This document shows, piece by piece, positions 12,024 through 24,819 of a DNA stretch of 64,000 bases. The position numbers and the translations under genes were made by a program. The stretch covers positions 72,168,001-72,232,000 of the forward strand of contig OX597824.1 in the NCBI GenBank assembly GCA_951406725.2. Reading direction: 5' to 3'. The DNA comes from Octopus vulgaris. Its lineage: Eukaryota. Position 1 is the first letter of the stretch. Every line of letters begins with the position of its first letter. Below the pieces are notes generated by a model. The model searched no databases, had not been told where the DNA came from, and worked only from the letters and a program-made list of their open reading frames with translations.

Positions 12024-12754
12024 TTCTGGAATACTTGATGCTGGGGTCACTTAAGTTTCAAACTTATTTGCTTGTAAAATATTTTTCATATCCTCATCAT
12101 TACAATTTGTTTTTACTTCAAAACCCCACTGTCTTAAAATTTCTGGGTTGCAAACTTCATTTTGAACTTTAGGATGACTAATTTGTAACAGAGCAGCTAT
12201 ATGCTTGTATTCTATAGGTATAGAGTTTCATGTTATTATTTATGAATAGATCAGTACATACAAGTTTATCTGTTGGCGATAGATACCATGTCATTTGGAA
12301 ATGTTAACAAAAATGACCAGTTCCCAATCCAGGAGTGGATTTACCTCTCATTTATTTAAAATCATGAAATCAGAGCTGAGCATTTCCTTTGGCATTTGTT
12401 TGGAAATATTTTATTCTTGCGTGTATGGAATGTGGAAAATAGTGATGGTAATTAATGCAGTAGTATGTTGATTCCTGGAAGAATCATTGGTGTATCAGGG
12501 AAAAAAAATGCCTCAAACTATTTGTTCCAGCTCTTTACTTTGTGAGTTTGAGTTGCACTCAGGTCAACTTTACATTTCATCCTTTCTAGGGCATGCCTTA
12601 ACAACTTTACATTTCATCCAATCCAGGGCATACTTCAACAGAACCATAAGAATGTCAAACCAAATACTTTGCAGTATTTGCTCTAGCTCATTGCATTCCA
12701 TGTTCAAATTTTGCCAAGGCTTGCTTGGGTGATTAACTGTATCTGTCACCTAGT

Positions 12755-12982
12755 TTAACCTTTTAGCATTCAGATTACTGCGTCAAATGTAAACCTTATT
12801 TATCTGCATGGTTTTGAATTAATCATGTATTATATTGTGGCTTTGAGGTTTTGATGATGTTATTGTATATTTTCAGAATGATATTGTAAGGTAGGTGTGA
12901 GAGCCCAGATCTGGCCAGTTTGAACATAAAACTGGTAGAATATTTCAGCTGGATATGGCTAGTTTAACTGCTAAAGGGTTAA
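12755..12982. mobile_element. piggyBac-like MITE
   Basis: TTAA-CCTTTTAGCA ... TGCTAAAGGG-TTAA. Confidence 0.7.
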
Positions 12983-13399
12983 CACTCGCACTTAGTCTTT
13001 AGATATCTTTAATGAAGGCCACTCTACTGTAGGTATTCAAACTACGTTACTGGTTTGAAGATATTTCTCTTTCCAGCTGTCCCACTAGATTTGGAGACCA
13101 TACCCTGTAAAGGGTCATGAACATTGCTTTTCCTCCTGACTGAAAGATAAAAAACAAAGTGCTTTTTAGTCAACAGCTAGGTTGGTGTAATTCCATAGCT
13201 TTTTCAACTCCCTTCTGCACAGTATTATGGTCACTTGATATTGTCCTCACTTGATATTGTCCTCTCAATAAGTATAATTACTCTCAACTATAATTTTCTT
13301 ATATCATTGAACCCTTTTCTCTCATTACCAAATCTATATATGTTCGTTTTTTCTTTTTTGGTCCCATTTCTTGACTTTTTTTGTTTTTCTATCTTTTAG

Positions 13400-13512
13400 G
13401 ACAATGTCAACGTGTTCCTTGAGGCATGTCGAAACACTTTCGGTCTAACTAACACTCAGTTATTCGACAGCTGTGAACTACAGGACTTGTCCCAACGAGC
13501 AATTGCAGACAA
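13400..13512 (+). CDS. LMO7: Coding exon of an LMO7/LIMCH1-like protein (CH domain), phase 0 to phase 2
   Basis: Long pyrimidine tract, TTTTAG acceptor, AA|GTAAGT donor. Encodes DNVNVFLEACRNTFGLTNTQLFDSCELQDLSQRAIAD, which aligns with the LMO7-type CH segment DNINVFLKAC..GL...QLF...DLQDLS.R. An invertebrate gene may be co-orthologous to LMO7 and LIMCH1. Confidence 0.9.
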
Positions 13513-13706
13513 GTAAGTTTTATCATTGCTTAAGAACTTTAGTTGTTGCTTTGTTTTTCTCTTTTTTCTTTTACTGATGTTGCTGTTGCAGGTTTTTTTC
13601 TTCTTCTTTTTATTCCTTTCTATTAAAACTGCTTCTGTTTACATTGTTGTCTGAATTTCCTTGCTTGTGTATGAATGCTGTATGATGGCATATACATATG
13701 TATATA

Positions 13707-13916
13707 TATAAGTAAATAAATGGAGTTGAACACAGATGCTATTCAAATTCTTTTACTTTCGACATATGTTTCGAAAACAACATTGGTCTTATTCCAAAGG
13801 AATAAACAGTGTAAAATGCAATCTTCTCATCAGGAAAGAAAGAGAACCTATCTCAACAACAAGACATTATAACAATTTGAATAGCATCTGCGTTCAACTC
13901 CATTTATTTACTTATA
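13707..13916. repeat. 43-bp inverted repeat enclosing the hammerhead
   Basis: 13707-13749 (TATAAGTAAATAAATGGAGTTGAACACAGATGCTATTCAAATT) is the reverse complement of 13874-13916 with one mismatch. Confidence 0.9.
13748..13846 (-). ncRNA. Type-I hammerhead ribozyme, intact core
   Basis: Minus strand reads CUUUC-CUGAUGA-GAAGAU...GUUUUC-GAAAC-AUAU-GUC^GAAAG. Stem I is 11/13 paired, stem II is long, stem III is the palindrome ACAUAUGU. Predicted cleavage between 13761 and 13760. Confidence 0.85.
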
Positions 13917-14061
13917 CTACACAAATTACTGCACATTAACCTGGAGTTTCTACCTTTGAATAGGTCGCTACATCCTTGTTACTTGCGTGAATTTTGCTAC
14001 CCTGGTAACTGTTTATTGAATTTTCCATGTTAACGGTAAACAAAGGATAATTCATTCATCC

Positions 14062-14114
<53 letters not shown>

Positions 14115-14729
14115 TATTTGTGCGCACGTGTTTGTGTGTATCATCATCATCATCATTCCTTTAACAACTATTTTCCATTATTGCATGGCTTGGGCAGAGT
14201 TAATTTTTTGAAGATTTTTCTGCAGCTAGGTGACTGGGTACCCTTTCTGTCACCAACCCTCACCTATTTCCAACCAAGGTAATATCTCCTCTTAGACAGA
14301 TATATTTTTGCAAAATATTGGAAATGAATAGCACTGCTTGTATGGTAGTGACACTTATTTGCAACTGTCATTGTAATGTGAAGACAAGGAGACACAAACA
14401 TACACACACACACACCCTCAAACTCACATGTACATACACACACACATACCTCTACCTTGAACATGAGAGCTGTTAATTAGAACTGTCTTGTACCAAATGA
14501 CGGAGCCTAATCCAGAAGAGCAAATTGTAGTTTGAGGAAAACAAATTGCTCATCAAATAGTGAAACGTAATATCTGAAAACTGCAGGTTTTTGAAGTTCA
14601 GTACAGCTGAGGGCCCAGAGGTAATCTCACCTGCACTGGCTAGTCATATTATACTTTCAAGGCTTGTTTTCTCATTCACGAAAGGTTACACATGTCAGAA
14701 CAGCACTAAGTAGTCTTATATGCATACAA

Positions 14730-15180
14730 GGTGCAGCAAGCATGGCTGTGTGATTAAGAATCTTGCTTCCCAATCATGTGGATTCAGGTTCAAGCCAACT
14801 GTGTGGCACCTTGGATAAGTTTCTGCTACTATAGCCCCAGGCTTGTGAGTGGATTTGGTAGAGGGAAACTGAAAGAAGCCAGTTGTGTGTGTGTGTGTGC
14901 ATGCATGTTTGTGCACATGTGTACGCATGTGTGTGTGTTTCCCCTTTGTCTTGACATCATGTAATGGTAGTAAAACAAGCCTCACCATCATACAAGTGAT
15001 GATGTTGTTTGTTTCCAGCCTTCCATGAAAGGCATGTTTGACCATGGGAAAATATTACCTTGTTTGGAAACAGGTGAGAGTTGGTGGCAGGAAAGGCATC
15101 TAGCTGTGGAAAAATATACTTTTACAAATTCTGTCTAACTTATGCAAGCATGGAAAAGGGGATAATGATGAGGATGATAA
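14730..15180 (+). mobile_element. Composite SINE (family A head + family E-type tail)
   Basis: A-type head, (TG)n, then GGAAAATATTACCTTGTTTGGAAACAGGTGAG, a GGAAGGGCATC-like core and GCAAGCATGGAAAAG...(ATG)n. Confidence 0.75.
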
Positions 15181-15801
15181 CAGTTGATATTATAGGCATA
15201 TATTCATACATACCTGAGCACTGCTGCTTTTTATATTCAAAGTTATGTACAACTATTGCTGAGTTGAAAATCCATTTTGTCTGAATAGATAATGGTGGAC
15301 CTCTGCTGATGAACCAAATTCCATGCTACATTTGCCATATAAAATTTAAAACCGAGTCATTGAGTAACTGATGATGGGATGTATACATATATAATGTGCT
15401 TGTTTATTTGTGTTGTTGACCACGAACCTTTGGTATTTTGTATACTCATTGTTTCAGAGTTGTCCTTCATTGAGGTTCTAGTTCTGATAAGAGTTAAACT
15501 TGTTCAGGGAGTTTATAGTTTATGGCGGTTTTGTTGTATATATTTATATATATTTATTTATATTGATCACTCTAAAATATTTTAAATTCTTGTCTTCAAA
15601 GTTAAATTTATTTACTTTCTTTGACATTTTCCTCTCGACACTCTTTTGTCATTTTTGTTTTCAATTTCTCCCTCCTGCTCTCCCGCTCTCCCTTTCTCTT
15701 CTTACTTCTATCTTGTTCCCTTCTCACTCCACTCTCTCTCTCTGGCTTATCTCTTTCATTTTCATTTCCTGTATTTATTTCTCCTTCCCACTACAATACA
15801 G

Positions 15802-15808
15802 TGAGAAG
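15802..15808 (+). other. Candidate 7-nt microexon (or acceptor of a longer alternative exon)
   Basis: First AG after a ~198-nt AG-free pyrimidine tract (15602-15799); CAG|TGAGAAG|GTGATA; TGCATG at 15823. Confidence 0.25.
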
Positions 15809-16660
15809 GTGATAGCCATCTCTGCATGTTTCCTTCGTATTCAGCTTGTCAGAGAGATATCACCATTCTTTTGCTACTATGCAAGTCGACAACAGGTTCA
15901 TGCTTTTCACACACCCTGGCATTGCTTCTTTTCTCTAGCAATGGTACACAAGGAGCATGAGGTGTTTTCTGTGTGAATTGTACAGAAATCCACATTTTCT
16001 ACACTCCATTAACATTAAATGCAATGACCTCTAAAAGTGTGGTATGTACTTCTATATCTTTGTAGTGCTACATAGATGAGAGTTAAAATTTCCCCAGGCT
16101 TTTGCTACAGTGTATATCACAAAAAAAAGTAGGAAAATAGAATAAAGAAAGACACTTATGTCCATTTCACTACATCATGAGTCACTATGTCTAGGAGCCT
16201 CTTTTGTAAGCTGCATATTGTGGTGAATATTGTTAAGGGACATGAGACTGCGTGCTTAATATGACGTATGCATTGGCCACCTGACTATTATTAAAGAGTC
16301 CACTCCTTCTTGCTCTTTTTATTGAAGTTTACCACCTTGGGTTTCTCAGCTGATTCCAGTTTTAACTTATGAAACTTAATTAGATGTTTAATTGAATAGG
16401 AAATATTTGTTGACTTTAAACCTGTTTCTGCAAATACCAAGTTACAAGCTTACCAATTTCTCTTTGTTTACCTTTGTCTTTATCTTTATTTTGTATGTAA
16501 TGGCTTCAGAATGTGTGCACATCTATGCATGAACCATTATGTTGCCAATGCAAACACATAGTACACCTATGTCTTAATACAGCACACTCTGCTTTGGTGG
16601 TAGCGGTAGTGGTATGGAAATCGAGTCATACTTGATTTCCATAGTAATATTGAAATCATA

Positions 16661-17078
16661 AGGGCGGCGAGCTGGCAGAAACGTTAGCACGCCGGGTGAA
16701 ATGCTTAGTGGTATTTCATCTGCCGCTACGTTCTGAGTTCAAATTCCGCCAGGGTCCACTTTGCCTTTCATCCTTTCGGGGTCGATTAAATAAGTACCAG
16801 TTACGCACTGGGGTCGATATAATGAACTTAATCCGTTTGTCTGTCCTTGTTTGTCCCTTCTGTGTTTAGCCCCTTGTGGGTAGTAAAGAAATAGGTATTT
16901 CATCGCCATTACATTCTAAGTTCAAATTCCACCGAGGTCGACTTTGCCTTTCATCCTTTCGGGGGTCGATAAATTAAGTACCAGTTACGCACTGGGGTCG
17001 ATGTAATTGACTTAACCCCTTTGTCTGTCCTTGTTTGTCCTCTCTATGTTTAGCCCCTTGTGGGCAATAAAGAAATAG
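16661..17078 (+). mobile_element. Dimeric SINE family B
   Basis: GGCGGCGAGCTGGCAGAAACGTTAGCACGCCGGG head followed by two tandem body units, each ending GCCCCTTGTGGG..TAAAGAAATA. Confidence 0.85.
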
Positions 17079-17109
17079 GAAATCAAGTCATACCATATGA
17101 GTGGATGGA

Positions 17110-17448
17110 GTTTCTCAAGGTGGATTTTCTACAGCTGAATGTCCTTCCTGCCAACCAACTTTACTAATTTTCAAGCAAGGTAATATTTCTCCATAGCCTG
17201 ACATGTTTTCATAGAATATAGGAAATGAATAACATTTATTTACAACAATCACGAGATGTCAAGACTAGGAAACAAAATTTCACACGCTCACATACAATAA
17301 GCTTTTTTTCAGTTTCTTTATACTAAGCTCACTCATATAACCTTGTTTGGTTATAATAGAAGACACTTGCACAAGTCCGCCATGCAGTGGGACTGAACCC
17401 AAACCATGTGGTTGAGAAGCAAACTTCTTAACCACATAGCTATGCCTA
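17110..17448 (-). mobile_element. Composite SINE (A head + E-type tail), degenerate
   Basis: Reverse complement of the 14730-15180 organisation. Confidence 0.65.
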
Positions 17449-17698
17449 TGTCTTGAAGTTGCACAAAATGGTAACCAAGTACTTGAAAAAGAGCTCTGCA
17501 ATTGGATACATTCAGAATGGTTGTTACATCATCCAGTCAGCTGTAGCCATCAAAGGGTCTTTGACATATCAACACCTTGCATTTGCAAGATTTTGGGCTT
17601 GGCACCACTCTGCAACAGATGCAACTCGTTTGCAACTAAGTGAACTAGAAAAACATAAAATGTGTGATTAGTTCAAAACAATATGATAAAATAAGAAT

Positions 17699-18613
17699 TT
17701 CAAGGTGATATCAAAAGGTTCCTGGGCTAGTTATGTTTAATAGAAAAATAACTTATTTATCTAATTTTTAACGTCATATCCTTCGAAATAGTCACTTTGC
17801 ACAGTAATACACCAGTCCCAGCATTCTTGCCACTTTTGGAACCTGACCTGGAGGTTGTTTTATGTAAGCGAGTCAAGGATATTCTTCAATTCACTCTTGA
17901 TCTTGACAACAGTGTTAAAATCGCGACCTTTCACCTGCATTTCTATTTTGGGGAAGAGATGGAAGCCCACAGGTGCTAGATCTGGTGAATAGGGTGGGTT
18001 TGGAAGCAATATGATGTTTTTGGCAAGAAACTCGCGAGTGAGGAGGGCTTGGTGACGGGGTGTATTGTCGTGAAGAATCCAAATCTTTGCGAATGTTCAG
18101 ATTGCCTGCATGGACCTATACGACACCAACAACATCAATAATGTTGTTGACTGTCCTCCAATGATCTTCATGCATAAGCTTATGAATTTTCTCCACATTT
18201 CTGAAGGTGACGCTTGTGGCAGGTATTCCAGATCGCTCATCATCTTCCAAGAATGTTCTTCTGCATTTGAAGCTCCCTTGCCACTTGAAATATTGCATAT
18301 GACCCATTGCCTCATCACTATAAGCTTGCTGAAGCAGGCTCAGTGTCTCTGTAGCAGACTTCCCAAGTTTTATGCAAAATTTCACATTGGCTCATTGTTC
18401 CAATTTCCTGTCCATGACAAAAATTGCAGACTACAGCATACATATGATCACAAAAACACAAATTTCACAACTTGCAAAGTAAATACAGCGATGTCTCTCA
18501 GCACACTACATTGTGAAGGTCACTCCTAACTCTTGCTGCACACAGAACCATGTACTGCCATCTGTTGGCATGCTATAGAACTGGTCTGGAAACTTTTTGA
18601 TACCACCTTCATA
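17699..18613 (-). mobile_element. Internally deleted mariner element (pseudo-transposase)
   Basis: TIRs AAGGTGATATCAAAAGGTTCCTGGGCTAGTT / AAGGTGGTATCAAAAAGTTTCCAGACCAGTT. HTH region KFCIKLGKSATETLSLLQQAY...LEDDERSG; PPYSPDLAP at ~17971-17997; C-terminal FQKWQECWDWCITVQSDYFEG. Confidence 0.9.
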
Positions 18614-19530
18614 TATTTAACAAAGCGATCTGAAAGGTTAAAGACCTTTCCAAGTGTGGATAGAGGTAAATCAACAGTAATAAAATGTGTATGTTTTATG
18701 TGTAGACTTGTATATAAGGTGTGTAAATTTATGTAGCATTAGTGGAATCAAAGTTGCAAAATTCATTGATAATTTTTGCCATTCATTTTTTTGGTGAAAT
18801 AATAAAATAAAACCCCGAAACAACTAATATAAATAACTGGTATTTCAACATATTGAAAGTACTAACACACACACTGTATATATATTTACATTATGGCATA
18901 AACATATGTGGAAATGCTCTTCATTCTTGGCTGTCATGTTAAATAGTGTGACATGAAGGGTTTTTGTTTTTAAACCAATTTTGTTCAGTCATTCATACTT
19001 TGTAACATTTATTCAGGCCTCATTAACCATTAAATAATATAAGCTACAACTTAGGGTACAAAGAAAAGTAAATGTCACAGATTTTTTCCCATTGCTGGAT
19101 TTACCATGGTGTAAATGGTAAATTATAAGTTTTCTTTCCTATTGTGAATATTAAAAAATGTGTAATTATAAGTAAATAATTTGTTACTTAAAATGTATCT
19201 TTTAAATCTGAGCGTGTTCTGGCAGATTGGAATGTGTTTGTGCTGATTGCTGTTGTATTTTGTCACTGGATGACATCTCCTTATAGATGACATGTTCATA
19301 ACAAATCAGTAAATCACGTGTTATGAACACACATCGTCTAAAAGGAGAAGATGTACTCTAACAACAAAACACAACAATGATCAGCATATTCCTACCTGAA
19401 TATGTCAGAATATATTGAGACTGAATCAATTCATCATTGTTTGGATTCTCACTGTTCTACAGGTACCTCGTGAATTATGATCTGTTTGATAGACTTCCAA
19501 CATACATCAACAAATATTTTGTTTACCGAT

Positions 19531-19758
19531 AACCACCAACCGATCATGGCCGTTGCCAGCCTCCCCTGGCACCTGTGCCGGTGGCATGTAAAAAGCATCC
19601 ACTACACTGGAGTGGTTAGCGTTAGGAAGGGCATCCAGCTGTAGGAACACTGCCAGATCAGACTGGAGCCTGGTGCAGCCTCCTGGCTTCCCAAACCCCG
19701 GTTGAACCGTCCAACCCATGCTAGCATGGAAAACGGACGTTAAACGATGATGATGATG
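19531..19758 (+). mobile_element. SINE family E
   Basis: Same core and tail as 3617-3822; last ~138 nt nearly identical to 23575-23713. Confidence 0.8.
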
Positions 19759-21409
19759 AAGGGCCTGTACCCTTGATAAATTCATCAGTCTCTGTGGGGT
19801 GACTTTGACTGAGGAGACACATTTTAAGCTTAAAACACCATGGTGTTTCAAGCAGCAAAATTTGCATTGAGAAACAGACTGCTTTTGACTGCAACATTTT
19901 CAAGGGATGTTAACAAGACTTATGTATCGTACAGTTATTGAGCTGTAAGGATTAGATTATCATCATAAAGGTCGTGATCTCTTGAGTGCCTCTGCTTGTT
20001 GGTGAGGCCCTTGTTGTGGATGAATTCAAGACTTTTCTTAAGGGCATCTCTATTTTTACCATCTTCAGTAATGAAAGATATATCGGTTAATGTGGTCCCC
20101 GATATACAAAACATGTGATGGCCGTGGTTGGAATGATGTTGCTCATAGGTCTATTCAATCCAAACTGATCTGGAGCTATAAAGCAATTAAAACAAAACAG
20201 GCTGCAATGTAGGAGGGTATGGATGTGTGTGTGTGTGTATGTGTGTGTTCAAATATGTAAGGCAGGTCTAATTAAACCAATGATTTTAGAAATATAATCA
20301 ATTTTAAGTTAACTCCTTGTTGAGTGTGAGGAAACATATTACTTGAGTAATGATCTCCCGGTATCTTCCTTTACCAATTTTGAGGGGAAGGATTAAGTTT
20401 ATACCATCAACCCCAGTACTTGACCATGTTGGAATTTAAATTTGGACTGTAATGAACTCGTACAAATACTGCAACTTTATCAGCATCAGCATCATCATCA
20501 TCGTTATTATAATTTTCTTCAGTGTTATAACAACTGTTTTTATCCAAGCTAATATTTGTTGGAAGAGCCCAAAACATTGTGTTGTATTTGTCTGGATTCT
20601 ATGCAAGGTCTATACTGATCTCAGATCTGAATTTAGCAATTCCTCCCAAGTTTTTTGTTTTACTTCTAGCATTAACACCTGACACATTTCTATCTAGCAT
20701 GCACTAATATATTAGAATATATGTAATTGCATGAGAAATATTAATACAAAAAATTTATCTTTCCTCTGGTCATATCAATTTTGAGGTATACTTACTATAA
20801 ACATACAACAAAAAAATCTATACGTTGAGTACTTGAAGAAACTAAATAATTTGAAGATGAACTATTGATAGTGCCTAGTTGTTTCAAATCTCTTGAAACA
20901 CCTGAGTTATAGAATCTTTGAAATTACTAACTGCCTTCAGCATCAATGTGAACTGACACCACTTTAAACAAAAACAAGAAGAAAGTTAATGTTCAAGACA
21001 GCACCTGGATGCTTGCTGTATGGTAACTGTTTTGATAGCATTTGTGTTTGGGTTTGCAGCAGATCCTTCCATCAAGTTAGCTGTTCTTAATTCAACCACA
21101 TAATTTTAGTTCGCACCTCTGCCATGATGGGAAACTGAACACATGGCCACAGTTTTAATCATGTTTAAATTGTACATTTACGATATTCATATCTGCCTTA
21201 TGTTTCACTTAGTTCAATTCCTGGTCAACTTGATCTCCACTTACTTTAATCTCTAATTGGTTTGATCTCTTGAATAGGCTCCTATGACATTGTGTATTAT
21301 TATTATTTTTTTTTTTTTTAAAAACAAAAGTTTTCTAGTTCAGTTCTGCTTTAAGACCATGTTCAGGAACAAGATACCTGGTGTAGATATAAATATTGTG
21401 AATAGACAT

Positions 21410-22290
21410 AGGTGCAGCCATAGTTGTGTGAAAAGAAGCTTTCTTCTCTACCACATGGTTTTGGGTTCTGTTCAACTGTGTGGCACTCTGGGCTAGCATC
21501 TTCTACTATAGCCTTGGGCCAACCAAATCCTTGTGAGTGGATTTGGTAGACAGAAACTGAAAGAAGCCTAACCTTAACCCTAACCCAGATTGTTGAATAT
21601 AGAAACACGATTAGCTTTGGCTTGATTTGAACTCTGAACTGACAGGAAACAAGTTAAATACTATAACGGGTGCAAGAATAGTTATGTGATTTAAGGATTT
21701 CGCTTTCCAACCACCTGCCTTTGGATTCATTCCCACTATACAGAACATTGGACAAGTGTCTTTTACTATAACCGCAGACAGACTAAAACCTTATCAGTGT
21801 ATTTAGTAGACAGAAACTGAAGGAAGGCCATTCTGTATCATCATCATCATCATCTTCGTTTAACATCCGTTTTCCATGCTGGCATGGATTAGATGGTTTG
21901 ACTGGAGCTGGTTAGCTGGGGATCTGTCCAGACTCCAATTGTCTGTTGAGGCATTGTTTCTATGGCTGGATGCCTTTCCTAATGCCAACCACTTAGCAGA
22001 ATGTGCTCGGTGTTTTTTAAATGGCACAGGTGCGTTTTCGCATATGTATATGTGTGTGTGTATAATGTATGTATAGGTGCGGGTGTGACTGTGTTTGTCC
22101 CCCCACCACCACTTGACAACCACTATTAGTGTGTTTACATCCCTGTAACTTGGTTTGGTGAAAGAGACCAGTAGAATAAGTACCAGGCTTTAAAAAGCAA
22201 AAATTACTGGGGTCAACTCATTCAACTAAAATTTCTTCAAGGTGATTCCCCAGCATGGCTGCAGCCTCATGACTGAAACCAGTAAAAAGA
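21410..22290. mobile_element. Nested SINE cluster: two A-type heads (+), family E copy (-, 21838-22030), A tail (+, 22085-22290)
   Basis: Recognisable motifs of each family; the E copy appears inserted in the microsatellite middle of an A element. Confidence 0.65.
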
Positions 22291-22825
22291 TACACTCTAA
22301 ATATGAATTTAATGGTCTAGAAAAATATTATCTTGATTGAAACAACATACTATCTCAGATATTTATTTCATTTAATAATTACATTTGATCAAGTCAGATC
22401 TTGCATTGATAACTAACTTTTGTGGCGACAGAACATGAATTAGCTTTAAATCAAATGTGACCTGGACACCAGTAGGTGGCTGTGGAATGTAATATTTCTT
22501 TCTGTATTTTTTTTTTTTTAAATATGGGTTGATTAATCTGAAAGAGGTGGATTTTCCTACATGGTGAATGTCAGTGTAAGCAGAAGTAAGTAAAAGTCTG
22601 CATGCATGAATGAAAATGATATCGTAAGAGTTGGCAAAGAGCTTTCTCACTAGATACTTATCTAATAGAGCTAGCATAGTAGCAAAGCTTAACATAGTTT
22701 CAAAAGTGTGTTAAAAGTATGCTTGAAAGAGACCTCAATCTGAGCATAACCTGGAAAGACTTATACTGAAATCACCTCCCATTGGAAAAGTAACGACTGA
22801 AATTCAGGAATAGGAAACAACCGTC

Positions 22826-23250
22826 AAATTCAATTCAATTTTTATTGGCTCAAAAAGCAAAAGCAAGGCCATGTAAGGGGACAGGGAGTTATGTACAGGG
22901 AGGGTGGTCATACAAAGAGTTCAGGCCATTTCTGGTCAAGAGAGACTTTGAACCGAGCAGTCGTCGGCATCTTCACTATCTTGTCCGGCAGCTTATTCCA
23001 CAGATCCGCAACCCGGACGGAGAAAGCCCCTCTCCTTCGATTGAGATGAAATCGTCGTAGATAGAGCTTTTTGGAGTGACCCCGCAACCCACACTCTGGA
23101 GCAGGAGTGAAGAACAGCTCTTTCGAGAGGTTATGATGTTGTGAGCAAGAATGAGATCACCACAGTGGCGTCATTTTTCGAGAGAATAAAGGTCGAGCAT
23201 CTTCAGCCTTTCTTCATAAGACAAATGCTTGAGACCAAGAACCATGCGGC
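22826..23250 (-). mobile_element. CR1-clade LINE 3' end
   Basis: Minus-strand GLKHLSYEERLKMLDLYSLEK*RHCGDLI...LRGHSKKLYLRRFHLNRRRGAFSVRVADLWNKLPDKIVKMPTTARFKVSLD. Stop at 22908-22910, then AATAAA and an (ATTGA)n tail. Confidence 0.85.
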
Positions 23251-23567
23251 CCATCACCAGACTTTGGTAACTGGGGGTGCTTCAGAATATTTTAGGTGGC
23301 CACTAATTTGTAATAATGCTTAAGTGGAGTTTCAAAATAAGTGTATCACTAAATCTGAAGGTATATTATTGAATAATGAGGAGACAGTGCCATCCAGTGC
23401 ATCCCCTTAACGACAGCCTTGCCTAAGAGAAACAAAAATGACAGAAAAATTTGATTGAGTAATAGTGTGACACCTTTTCATATATCTTGTAAGGGATTCT
23501 GAAAAACTGCCCTTTAACTCCAGGCTTGCACGCTGATAAATCAAGAGGCAAATGTTTTCTGGTTAAG

Positions 23568-23713
23568 ATGCTGGGCATTAGGAAGGGCATCCAGCTGTAG
23601 AAACACTGCTAGATCAGACTGGAGCCTGGTGCAGCCTCCTGGCTTCCCAGACCCTGGTCGAACCGTCCAACCCATGCTAGCATGGAAAACGGACGTTAAA
23701 CGATGATGATGAT
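23568..23713 (+). mobile_element. 5'-truncated SINE family E
   Basis: Core and (GAT)n tail. Confidence 0.8.
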
Positions 23714-24268
23714 TCTCATATGATTTGGAATGAGATTATTGTGTATATAAGATTTGGTTGCTGAGTTATCCTTTTAAACTTAAGAAGATCCATCTACATT
23801 CACTGTATTTAACTATACTCCAAGAAATGGTTAAGGATCAGTATTTATTGTTACTTTTCATTAGTGCTGTATAGGAGAGGTGGGCTCTTCTAAGGTGATT
23901 TTATACAAGATATACTGCCTGAAAACTAAGCCTTCAGGTATGAGCCTGTGACATAATTGATTAAGAGATTATCTCTGGGCTTAGATATAGAGATAACTGG
24001 ATGAGGATAGCATGGTTTAATCTTGTTGGAAATTATTAGATTATAATAACATGTGTTGTAAGTAGAACATAGAGGGTTGAATGTGGAGAGGTAGATCCAG
24101 GGTAGCATTGGAAAGAAATGTTGATGTCAGATCTGAAAATGTTGAGTCTCTAACGAAATAGATGATTCATGATCGATATAATTAGGGGCATTTTTGCATT
24201 GGAAACAAATCCAGCCTATGTCAACAGTGAAAAATGTATGTTAAAACGTGTTAATAAATGTTCTAATT

Positions 24269-24485
24269 AAGGCAGCAATCTGGCTTATTGTTATTGTGCT
24301 GGACAAAATGCTTAGTGGCATTTTGTCTGTTTTTACATTCTGAGTTCAATTTCTGTCGAGGTCAACTTTGCCTTTCATCCCTTCAAGATCTATAAAATAA
24401 ATACCAGTTGAGTACTGGGGTTGAAGTAAATCAATTTACCCTTGTCCCTTGAAATTGCTGGCCTTGTGCCAAAATCTGAAACCAA
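24269..24485 (+). mobile_element. SINE family B
   Basis: AAGGCAGCAATCTGG...TTCTGAGTTCAA...CTTTGCCTTTCATCC...GGCCTTGTGCCAAAAT. Confidence 0.75.
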
Positions 24486-24819
24486 TAAATGTGTATGATT
24501 TAAACACAAGGACAGCAGTTTAAGGAGAAGGAATAGCTAACACCATTGACCCCATTGCTGAACCAGTCCTTTATTTTATTTACCATGGATGGGTAAATAA
24601 ACTGTGACAGCACAGCATGACTATGGCGAAGGAAATGTGGTAAATTTAATTTGACTATTACTTATTTTATTGACACCAGAATGATTATAGGCAAAATCAA
24701 CCTTGTTGGAATTTGAACTCAGAGCTTAAAGGGATGTTACTAAAATTTCAGGATATCTTGTCTGATGCGTCACAAAACATTCAAACCTCAACCCTTATTT
24801 TGTATTACTATTATAATGT

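Noticed and set aside
19463-19532. Good acceptor (CTCAC...TTCTACAG) followed by an in-frame 22-codon stretch to TAA
   Set aside because: No convincing donor, polyA signal or homology; could be chance, and the AG|GTACCT ratchet match is weak.
21567-21587. Telomere-like CCTAACCTTAACCCTAACCC
   Set aside because: Only about three imperfect units at a SINE truncation point.
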